The translations under genes and the position numbers were made by a program. This document shows, in pieces, positions 36,568 to 47,409 of a stretch of 64,000 nucleotides of DNA (positions are counted from its first letter, which is position 1; each line of letters begins with the position of its first letter). This stretch comes from an uncultured Nitrospiraceae bacterium. Its GTDB lineage: Bacteria > Nitrospirota > 9FT-COMBO-42-15 > HDB-SIOI813. Below the pieces are notes generated by a model. The model ran no database searches. It had not been told where the DNA came from and saw only the letters and a program-made list of their open reading frames with translations. The stretch covers positions 45,387 to 109,386 of the forward strand of contig CAZTAM010000008.1 in assembly GCA_964611625.1 (NCBI GenBank), in the 5' to 3' direction.

Positions 36568-38232
36568 CTACATTCGTTCCGGCGAGCTTACCCCGATAAT
36601 AGTTAACCCGCTTTTCAGCACTTGCTTTACACCCTTCAGCAGTATCAGCCTGGCCTCTGTAAGTCTTCTGTCATCAGTGATTACCCGGTGATGAAAATAA
36701 TAATTGTGCAGGGCCGTCGCCAGTTCCTGAATGTAAAAGGTTATCCTGTGCGGTTCAAGGGCCTGAGCGCTTGCTTCTATCAGCTCTGGATATGCGGCAA
36801 TTAGCCTGATCATCCTTATCTCTTCAGGAAGTATTAGCTGAGACAGGTCAGTGTCGCTGATCGACGGTACTGGTATATCCCTCTCTTCCGCCTGCCTGAA
36901 GATGTTCACGATCCTCGCATGTGCATACTGTACGTAATAAACAGGGTTTTCTGAAGACTCCTTTTTTACAAGCTCCAAATCAAAATCGAGATGGCTGTCT
37001 GAACGTCTTGTAAGAAACATAAATCTTGCTGCATCCTTCCCAACCTCATCCATCACTTCCCGGAGAGTAACAAACTCACCCGAACGTGTAGACATAGATA
37101 CAGGCTTACCCTCGCGCAGCAGTGTAACGAACTGAACGAGTATGACCTTCAGTTTATCAGCAGGATATCCAAGGCACTGGACTCCAGCCTTCATGCGCGG
37201 TTCATATCCATGATGATCAGCACCCCATATATCAACTATAAAGTCAAACCCTCTTTCCAGCTTATTCTGATGATAGGCTATATCAGATGCGAAATAAGTC
37301 TTTTGTCCATTCGCCCTCACGACAACCCTGTCTTTATCATCACCAAACTGTGATGTGTTGAGCCACAGGGCGCCTTCCTCCTCGAATATAAAATCCTTCT
37401 CTTTAAGCTGCTTCAGTATGTTTTCAACTTTATCACTCTCATACAGCTTCTTTTCCGAAAACCAGTCATCATAAATGACACCGAAATCCTGCAGATCTTT
37501 TCTGATCCCTTCAAGAATACTATTATGTGCATAATTAACAAAGAATGAAACTGCTTCATTTTCAGGAATTGAGAGATACTTGTCATTTGACTCCGAAATC
37601 GCACTTTGGGCAATATCCCTTATGTAATCACCTTTATATCCGTCATCCATAAATGGAACCTCAGGATCGAACAACTGTTTGTATCTCAGAAAAGCAGAAC
37701 GTCCCAGAGTATCCATCTGCTTCCCTACGTCATTGATGTAATATTCCTTCTGAACATTATAGCCAGCATACTTCAGGAGGTTTGAAAGAGCATCTCCAAA
37801 TGCGGCCCCCCTTCCATGCCCAATGTGAAGAGGACCAGTCGGGTTGGCACTGACAAATTCAACCTGAACAGACTTCCCGCGACCGACATCTGTCAGCCCG
37901 TAGGTTTCTCCTCTATCAATAACATTTTTAAGTGCTGCCAGCCATGTTTCTGATTTTAAAAAAAAGTTTATATAACCTGGCCCTGCAATTTCTACACGAG
38001 CGATCATCCCATCATTGTCATCTATACACTCAACAATTAATTCAGCAATAATACGCGGTGATTTCTTTTCAAGGGACGCCATGCCCATGGCTATGGTTGT
38101 AGCAAAATCGCCCTTTGTCTCATCCTTAGGCACCTCAAGAATAAGATTAGGAACAGATCTGGTCTGAAGCATACCTGACGTAATAGCCCTGTTAACAGCC
38201 TGTTTTAATATCTCAGTAAGTTTTTTTCGCAT
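36568..38232 (-). CDS. argS: Arginine--tRNA ligase
   Basis: HIGH-like motif (PTGPLHIGHGR) and an anticodon-binding C-terminus. I place the start at ATG 38232 (MRKKLTEILK). The 70-codon upstream extension in the ORF track overlaps lnt and looks noncoding. Confidence 0.9.
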   Translation of the reverse strand: MRKKLTEILKQAVNRAITSGMLQTRSVPNLILEVPKDETKGDFATTIAMGMASLEKKSPRIIAELIVECIDDNDGMIARVEIAGPGYINFFLKSETWLAALKNVIDRGETYGLTDVGRGKSVQVEFVSANPTGPLHIGHGRGAAFGDALSNLLKYAGYNVQKEYYINDVGKQMDTLGRSAFLRYKQLFDPEVPFMDDGYKGDYIRDIAQSAISESNDKYLSIPENEAVSFFVNYAHNSILEGIRKDLQDFGVIYDDWFSEKKLYESDKVENILKQLKEKDFIFEEEGALWLNTSQFGDDKDRVVVRANGQKTYFASDIAYHQNKLERGFDFIVDIWGADHHGYEPRMKAGVQCLGYPADKLKVILVQFVTLLREGKPVSMSTRSGEFVTLREVMDEVGKDAARFMFLTRRSDSHLDFDLELVKKESSENPVYYVQYAHARIVNIFRQAEERDIPVPSISDTDLSQLILPEEIRMIRLIAAYPELIEASAQALEPHRITFYIQELATALHNYYFHHRVITDDRRLTEARLILLKGVKQVLKSGLTIIGVSSPERM

Positions 38233-38281
38233 ATGACAAGGATTTACTGTATAATCCAAATTTGTTAGCATACTGTATTTA

Positions 38282-39853
38282 ATGGTAAATTGCAAGGGAA
38301 TGAAGCCTCTTTTATACAATTTCGTACTGACAATAAGCTCAGCCGTTCTGCTTACACTTGCGTTTCCAAAATACGATATCTGGGTCTTCGCATGGGCCGG
38401 CCTCATACCTCTGTTCCTGGTCGTCAGTAGAAATAACCGCAAATGGAGTTTTCTATGGTTTTGGTTTTCCGGGACATTATTCTACTTTTTAACTATAAAC
38501 TGGATAACACAGACCATGAATCAGTTTGGCGGGATGCCATTATGGCTGAGCTTCATTGTGCTTATGCTCCTGTCAATTTATCTCGGTTTATACACAGGAC
38601 TATTCGGGTATCTTTGCAGGATAATTTCAGATAATACATCCATTCCCCTGCCAGTTGCAGCACCTTTTCTGTGGGTATCTCTTGAATACTTAAAGGCACA
38701 CTTATTTACAGGTTTTCCATGGGCATCCCTGGGATACTCGCAATATAAATTCCTGCAAATAATTCAGATAGCAGATATTACAGGAGTCTATGGTGTATCT
38801 TTTTTGGTTGTTGCAGTTAACGCAGGGCTTTTCTGGATCTTTATTTTAAGAACAGAAAAGGGTTCGAGTAACCGCTGGAAGATTATTTCCATATCCTCAG
38901 TTATCTTGCCTTTCCTCCTCGTCATTTCCTATGGATACTATCGACTCAGCATTAGTTACGACTCTATTGACAGAGGTTTAGATATAGCTGTCATCCAGGG
39001 AAATATCCCTCAGCATCTGAAGTGGAGCAGGAGTTTTCAGCGTAAAACTATTGATATTTATAAACGGCTGACTCTTGATGCAGCCGGACACAACCCAGAA
39101 CTGGTGATCTGGCCTGAGACTGCCGCACCATTCTACTTTCAGGAAAACTCCAGGTACCGGGAAGAGACCCTTGATATAGCTGCAGCCGCTCATACCTATC
39201 TGCTCTTTGGAAACCCCTCATATAAACTCACAGATAATGATGAACCTGAGATGTTAAACAGTGCATATCTTATATCACCTGACAGAAATATCCTGGCAAG
39301 GTATGATAAAATACATCTTGTGCCCTTCGGTGAATATGTCCCGTTATCAAAGATTCTTTTTTTTGTTGAGAAGATAGCATCCGGAGCAGGCGACTTTACC
39401 CCGGGAAGGGACTATATTGTGATGAAACTCCATAATAGTAAATTCAGTGTAGTTATATGTTATGAGGTAATCTTTCCTGAACTATTCAGGAATTTCATTC
39501 TAAATGGCGCTGAGTTCATGGTTACCATTACAAATGATGCATGGTTCGGAAAAACATCAGCTCCATATCAGCACTACACGATGGCCGTCTTCAGATCAGT
39601 TGAGAACAGGGTCTATTTAGCCAGGTCTGCCAATACAGGCATATCAGGCTTTATAAGCCCAAAAGGAGAGATCCTGCAGGCAAGCCATATTTTTGAAGAA
39701 ACCCTGCTGATTCAGAAAATCTTTCCGTCTAATATTAAGACATTTTATACTAAACATGGCGACCTTTTTGCCTGCGCGGCCATTTTTACAACATTCCTGA
39801 TACTTATTGGATCCGCCGCCAGATGGCCCGGGAGAGGGGCAAGTGATGTTTAA
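38282..39853 (+). CDS. lnt: Apolipoprotein N-acyltransferase
   Basis: N-terminal polytopic region plus a CN-hydrolase domain (WPE..., KxHLVPFGEYVP, ICYE). ATG 38300 is an alternative start. Confidence 0.85.
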   Translation: MVNCKGMKPLLYNFVLTISSAVLLTLAFPKYDIWVFAWAGLIPLFLVVSRNNRKWSFLWFWFSGTLFYFLTINWITQTMNQFGGMPLWLSFIVLMLLSIYLGLYTGLFGYLCRIISDNTSIPLPVAAPFLWVSLEYLKAHLFTGFPWASLGYSQYKFLQIIQIADITGVYGVSFLVVAVNAGLFWIFILRTEKGSSNRWKIISISSVILPFLLVISYGYYRLSISYDSIDRGLDIAVIQGNIPQHLKWSRSFQRKTIDIYKRLTLDAAGHNPELVIWPETAAPFYFQENSRYREETLDIAAAAHTYLLFGNPSYKLTDNDEPEMLNSAYLISPDRNILARYDKIHLVPFGEYVPLSKILFFVEKIASGAGDFTPGRDYIVMKLHNSKFSVVICYEVIFPELFRNFILNGAEFMVTITNDAWFGKTSAPYQHYTMAVFRSVENRVYLARSANTGISGFISPKGEILQASHIFEETLLIQKIFPSNIKTFYTKHGDLFACAAIFTTFLILIGSAARWPGRGASDV

Positions 39854-41729
39854 GCATATAAGAACCAAATTTGTAATCATCCTGCTCATCATCGGCCTTC
39901 TTCCTCTACTGATAGGAACAATCATTTATCTTACCACCTCCAAGCATGAGAGAATAGCAGAAAAACAACATGGATTATCTCAGGAGCTGTCACATGTTTC
40001 TTTTGCTATTGAATCTATATTTCTGAAGGCACAGACTAACCTCCTGCTTGCTGCAGAAAACCCCGCCTTTTTCCGCTATTTCACTGAGCGTCAGCGACAG
40101 GCTGACTGGGAATATGAGCAGGTAAAAACACTTCGTCAATTGCAGCTGCTATTTCCGGAAGCAATAAGTGTCACGGCATTCATAGACGTATCCGGCAAGG
40201 AGATTACTAAGGTAGCAGTTAAACAGATCGTTTCACATGAGAATCTGTCATCAATATTGGATAATCCCTTTTTTGTCCCAGGTCTCTCCCAGCCTCCAGG
40301 CGGCGTATATCAGGGGGAACCTTTTCTTAACCAGGAAACTAAACACTGGGTAATTCCTTTTGTAGCGCCTGTACATGACCAGGGAAAGATTATGGGGATC
40401 ATTTATTTTGACCTTAACCTTGAATACTTCAGTGAAAAACTTAAGTGGAATCTGTCACACGGTAACCATGCATTCCTTCTTGAGAGGAGCGGAAAAATCC
40501 TGGCACAGACTATAATTGCTATAGGAGAAACTGCGGGGCTTCCAAATATTTCATATCTGGATCAGTCACCGTTATTTCACAAGATCCTGGGAAATATCAT
40601 AATGGGCGATAACGGTTCTGAGAGATTTACAACTACAAAAGGGCGCGATTATTTAGTCGCATATCAGGCCATACCATCAAGCCTGTGGAGTGTTATGGTT
40701 CTGACTCCATATCATGAAAGTTTTCAGGATATTATGCCGCTTGACCAGTTTTTGTTTATATTTGTAGTAACGTTTGTCCTTATCATAATATTTACATTCT
40801 ATTTGGGAAAGAGATTCTCTGATCCGGTAAAAGATGTGGTGACCGGAACACAGATCATTGCCAGCGGTGATTTCACCCACCGGATCAAGACTAACCTGCA
40901 TGATGAACTTGGAGAGCTTGCAAGATCATTTAATCAGATGGCGGATTACCTCCAGAAAACGTATCAGGACCTTAAATCAACCAGCGCGCAGCTGACACAG
41001 TCTGCAAAACTTGCTGCCGTTGGAGAACTTGCTGCTGGTGTTGCTCATGAACTTAATCAGCCTCTAATGGTTATCAGAGGAAACGCACAGGAGTTACTTG
41101 ATGAAAACTCCTTATCCGAGAAAATAAAGAAGGACCTCAAGATAATTGAAAAACAGACGGGCCGGATGATGAGGATTATAGACCATCTCAGGGCATTTGC
41201 GAGGCAATCTACTGGTACGTTTGAGCCGGTGAATTTAAATGAGGCAATAAATGATTCCTTTACTTTAATTACCCAGCAGCTCAAGAATAACAACATAGAA
41301 ATAATTAAAGAACTTGATGAATCAATTCCCAAGATTTGGGGAGACCAGAACAAGCTAGAGCAGGTATTTCTGAACCTGATGACCAATGCAAAGGATGCTA
41401 TGGAGGAAATGGGACAGGGCATATTAACTGTTAAAACTCAGCCCATATTTGATGAGATTTCAAATGAAAAAGGAAAGGTCACTGGGGTGCTGGTATTATT
41501 CCACGATACCGGTGTTGGTATCGAAAGCGATATTATGGATAAGGTATTTGATCCCTTTTTTACCACTAAGGAAGTTGGAAAGGGAACCGGGCTTGGTCTT
41601 TCAATAAGCTACTCTATATTAAATGACCATGGCGGGAGTATTACTGCTGAGAGTAAAAAAGGAGGCGGGACAACCTTCAGGCTTGTCTTTCCGAATGAAA
41701 GACGAAGGTTACCCAGAAAGAAACAGTGA
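39846..41729 (+). CDS. Sensor histidine kinase (Cache-like periplasmic domain, HAMP, HisKA, HATPase_c)
   Basis: Two TM segments flank a domain of about 270 aa. HAMP domain, H-box AAGVAHELNQPL, and GTGLGLS. I place the start at ATG 39846, overlapping the lnt stop by 8 nt. Confidence 0.85.
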   Translation: MFKHIRTKFVIILLIIGLLPLLIGTIIYLTTSKHERIAEKQHGLSQELSHVSFAIESIFLKAQTNLLLAAENPAFFRYFTERQRQADWEYEQVKTLRQLQLLFPEAISVTAFIDVSGKEITKVAVKQIVSHENLSSILDNPFFVPGLSQPPGGVYQGEPFLNQETKHWVIPFVAPVHDQGKIMGIIYFDLNLEYFSEKLKWNLSHGNHAFLLERSGKILAQTIIAIGETAGLPNISYLDQSPLFHKILGNIIMGDNGSERFTTTKGRDYLVAYQAIPSSLWSVMVLTPYHESFQDIMPLDQFLFIFVVTFVLIIIFTFYLGKRFSDPVKDVVTGTQIIASGDFTHRIKTNLHDELGELARSFNQMADYLQKTYQDLKSTSAQLTQSAKLAAVGELAAGVAHELNQPLMVIRGNAQELLDENSLSEKIKKDLKIIEKQTGRMMRIIDHLRAFARQSTGTFEPVNLNEAINDSFTLITQQLKNNNIEIIKELDESIPKIWGDQNKLEQVFLNLMTNAKDAMEEMGQGILTVKTQPIFDEISNEKGKVTGVLVLFHDTGVGIESDIMDKVFDPFFTTKEVGKGTGLGLSISYSILNDHGGSITAESKKGGGTTFRLVFPNERRRLPRKKQ

Positions 41730-41753
41730 TCGTGAATATGCACCTGTTATATG

Positions 41754-41775
41754 TTATTGTACACTCTTATTGTAC
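41754..41775 (+). promoter_or_regulatory. Direct repeat TTATTGTAC-N4-TTATTGTAC overlapping a candidate -35 (TTGTAC-17 nt-TAAGTT)
   Basis: Read directly, in the 85-nt gap between the kinase and the REC-only regulator. Confidence 0.3.
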
Positions 41776-41814
41776 TTGAAAAATAAATATGCTAAGTTAA
41801 TCACGGGAGGTAAT

Positions 41815-44812
<2,998 letters not shown>

Positions 44813-44857
44813 TTAATACCTCCCTATGTTAAGAATATTTAGATTAAATGCTCAAAT

Positions 44858-44887
44858 TTTATACCATATCTGAGCAGGATATAGCAA
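44858..44887 (-). promoter_or_regulatory. Candidate metK promoter (TTGCTA-18 nt-TATAAA on minus strand)
   Basis: Read directly. It leaves a leader of only about 45 nt. Confidence 0.3.
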
Positions 44888-44922
44888 GAAAAAACAGAAA
44901 AATTAAAAACAAACAGTGTTAC

Positions 44923-44951
44923 TTGACATCGTCAAACCCTGGAGATATCAT
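44923..44951 (+). promoter_or_regulatory. Candidate sigma70 promoter TTGACA-17 nt-TATCAT, divergent from metK
   Basis: Consensus -35 at 44923-44928 and -10 at 44946-44951. It points at a structured region with no plus-strand ORF. Confidence 0.4.
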
Positions 44952-44957
44952 AAATCT

Positions 44958-45137
44958 ATAAATACGGCTGGCTAAGATCCTTGATAATACCCCGATTCTT
45001 ATTGGGGAGAATAGGACTCGCGTAATAAAGCGAGCGTTTCAATTTGTAATAAATTGATCCTTATAAATGAGAGGATCTTAGCCCTTAATAGAGGCCTCAG
45101 ACCTTACTTCTTTAAAGAGGGTCTGAGGCTTTTTATT
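44958..45137 (+). ncRNA. Candidate orphan small RNA (about 180 nt), family not recognised
   Basis: The promoter above is followed by an 11-bp closing stem (GGCTAAGATCC 44970-44980 / GGATCTTAGCC 45073-45083). The stem encloses two hairpins (CCCC..GGGG and CTCGC..GCGAG), and an intrinsic terminator follows. Confidence 0.3.
45094..45137 (+). terminator. Rho-independent terminator hairpin (GCCTCAGACC...GGTCTGAGGC + TTTTTATT)
   Basis: 10-bp perfect GC-rich stem with the U-tract on the plus strand. An A-tract precedes it, so it may also act weakly for the minus-strand C25 gene that ends at 45156. Confidence 0.6.
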
Positions 45138-45155
45138 ACACTTAAACTGATTTCA

Positions 45156-47369
45156 TTATTTTAACTTCGTAGCCGGGTCTCCGAAGAAGATGAAGGTCTG
45201 GACGACGTCCTCCATGATCGCCCCTCTTGTATATGACTCCGCCTTGGCCTTGGATACCGCCTCTCCTAATGTAATATCCTCACTGAAAATAATATCGTAC
45301 AATTCCCGCGCAAGCGGGTCATGGTCCGAGAGATACCCCCATGGGCTTGCCCCGAAGAACGCTACAGCACCTTTATTCCGGGCAAGCAGAAGCGCTTCCG
45401 CTATTGAGGTAAAGGGTTTCTCATCTGCAAGAACGAAATAGCCGTTAAGACAGTTCAAGGCAACAACAAATGGATAGCTCGTATTTTTAAGACCCGCTAC
45501 ATCCCCGGATGAAAATATATTATTTGCCCAGTCAGACACGGCACCATGTCCTGTGTAATTTACTATCAGGGGATTTGAATCAATTGCAGATATGATTGCC
45601 GGTTTAAATCCTGATTGAAGCTCCCTTTGATACACTTTGTTCGGAATATAACCAGGAGTCTTTATTATGTCTGCAATGGAATCTGACAATCCATCAAATC
45701 TGGGGTCATCGTCATCTGCAATCAGTACAACATCCCTTGATTTGATAAGAGATCTTTCATGTGACATAATCTTGGAAACCACCGTTGAAACATCATCAGG
45801 AAACTTTGCGGGGATCCTTCCGATATTCATATCAGGCAGGATATTGTCATCGACATCCACAAACCAATTATCACTCGGCACTTCTCCAATTCCCGGATAA
45901 TTATAGAGGTATGCAGGTACATAACTCTTAATAGCATTATTTTCTCCATTCCCGCTTAAATCCTTATAGTCAACCGTAGCATCACCTACCAGCAGTACAA
46001 AAACGGGCCTGGTTGCCCATTGATCATAGGCATATTTAAGAAACGCTTTGATGGCATGCGGGGTCTCTACACCACTGCCAAATTCATCATATATATCACT
46101 AACCTTAACTGTAAGCATGGTGTATCCCTGCTGAGCCCTGAAATCTGCAAGGGGTTTGATCGCATCAGCGAAGTCTTCGTGCGTAATAATGATGTAGTCT
46201 GCAGGATTTGAAGTTATATCAGAACGTGTATATTGCTCAATAACGGGCATCGCCTTCTGGTCTGACGCAATTGCAATAAACACTCTTTTATTATCATAAG
46301 GACCAGAAAATGATACCTCATAATCTCCTTCTGACAGCTTCTTCGGTTCAGGTATGAGAATCTTCTGAACATTTTTCTGATCTGTTATTTCATAGACAGA
46401 TACATCATTTGAAGAAAAGTTTGAGACGTTAACAGATTTATTTCCGGTAAACTCCAGGACATTATGTTCAGCCTTATATTCATGGTTATATACAACCTCG
46501 AACCAGTCGAGATAAAACAGTCCGCCTCCGGCACTCTCAATTGTTAAATTATTAGGGCCATTATTAAAGACCGTCGCAGGTATTCCTGAGATTTCTATGT
46601 CATACGGATCCTGGCTATCCCACACCTGATTCCAAACAGGAGAATTATTAACATAAACCTTAATATAGTGGTCAAAACTAATAGACTGGAGACGTATTTT
46701 TATGGAAACCGGCACTGTCTTGTCAATATATCTTGCACTAAACGGATAGGATATCTTATCATTAGGGAAGATCCTATCCCCCCAGAACCAGTGTTCTCTT
46801 TCTTTAATGCCGGAGGATAATTTTAGTTCAGGATAGTTCTTCTGGACATACATGGTATCCTCTTCCATATGTAATCGCCGGGTAAATGATAAAACAGAAG
46901 AGGCTGGTTGTCCGGAGTATGGAGTTACTCTTGCCATACTTTTACCGGTCTTTTCCCCTATGGATAACCAGTAAACGTTGGTCTCTGTGAACCTGAACCG
47001 GGTGTCGCTGCGGCCTATCGCCATACCATAAAACTCTATGAAGTCTCCACGGTCAAAAATACTGTTACTGTTGCTGTCAACAAAATCAAGCGGGATATCA
47101 ATGCCCTGATTTGATAGGCTTATTGTAGAAGGTGCAAAAGATACGGATGAACAGTCTTTGTACAGATCTGAAAAAGAAAATCTATAAATACCATCTTTAC
47201 TGACCTTAATCTTTGCAATCTTACCGGTTCTGGCGCAAGGAAGGGTTACCTTGCTGCCTCCCTTATTACCGCTATTATTATCTCCCCCGGAAGTCGCACT
47301 TCCTCCTCCACCAGAACCACAACCAGCAAGGAAGGATACAATGATGAGTAGAAAAAGATATTTTTTCAT
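45156..47369 (-). CDS. Lipoprotein cysteine peptidase, family C25 (gingipain/PorU-like caspase fold)
   Basis: Lipobox FLAGC followed by a Gly/Ser linker. C25-like core ADYIIITHEDF...VLLVGDA...RIPA...NYTGHGA (His608, 45546-45548) ...VVALNCLNGYF (Cys640, 45450-45452). Confidence 0.75.
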   Translation of the reverse strand: MKKYLFLLIIVSFLAGCGSGGGGSATSGGDNNSGNKGGSKVTLPCARTGKIAKIKVSKDGIYRFSFSDLYKDCSSVSFAPSTISLSNQGIDIPLDFVDSNSNSIFDRGDFIEFYGMAIGRSDTRFRFTETNVYWLSIGEKTGKSMARVTPYSGQPASSVLSFTRRLHMEEDTMYVQKNYPELKLSSGIKEREHWFWGDRIFPNDKISYPFSARYIDKTVPVSIKIRLQSISFDHYIKVYVNNSPVWNQVWDSQDPYDIEISGIPATVFNNGPNNLTIESAGGGLFYLDWFEVVYNHEYKAEHNVLEFTGNKSVNVSNFSSNDVSVYEITDQKNVQKILIPEPKKLSEGDYEVSFSGPYDNKRVFIAIASDQKAMPVIEQYTRSDITSNPADYIIITHEDFADAIKPLADFRAQQGYTMLTVKVSDIYDEFGSGVETPHAIKAFLKYAYDQWATRPVFVLLVGDATVDYKDLSGNGENNAIKSYVPAYLYNYPGIGEVPSDNWFVDVDDNILPDMNIGRIPAKFPDDVSTVVSKIMSHERSLIKSRDVVLIADDDDPRFDGLSDSIADIIKTPGYIPNKVYQRELQSGFKPAIISAIDSNPLIVNYTGHGAVSDWANNIFSSGDVAGLKNTSYPFVVALNCLNGYFVLADEKPFTSIAEALLLARNKGAVAFFGASPWGYLSDHDPLARELYDIIFSEDITLGEAVSKAKAESYTRGAIMEDVVQTFIFFGDPATKLK

Positions 47370-47409
47370 TATTTACTTAAGATTAACTGCATTTTACGTG
47401 CCTGTATAA

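Noticed and set aside
38233-38442. 70-codon N-terminal extension of the argS ORF, and similar extensions at 39807-39845, 41623-41814, 15932-15982 and 43632-43646.
   Set aside because: The extensions overlap neighbouring genes or SD sequences and lack homology-like sequence. Internal ATGs with good SDs give N-termini typical of each family.
44813-45155. Possible SAM riboswitch upstream of metK (minus strand).
   Set aside because: I could not find the SAM-I core (no AGAGGGA or GCAACC-type conserved segments). The best candidate metK promoter leaves only a 45-nt leader, and the structured region lies upstream of it, with its U-tract on the opposite strand.
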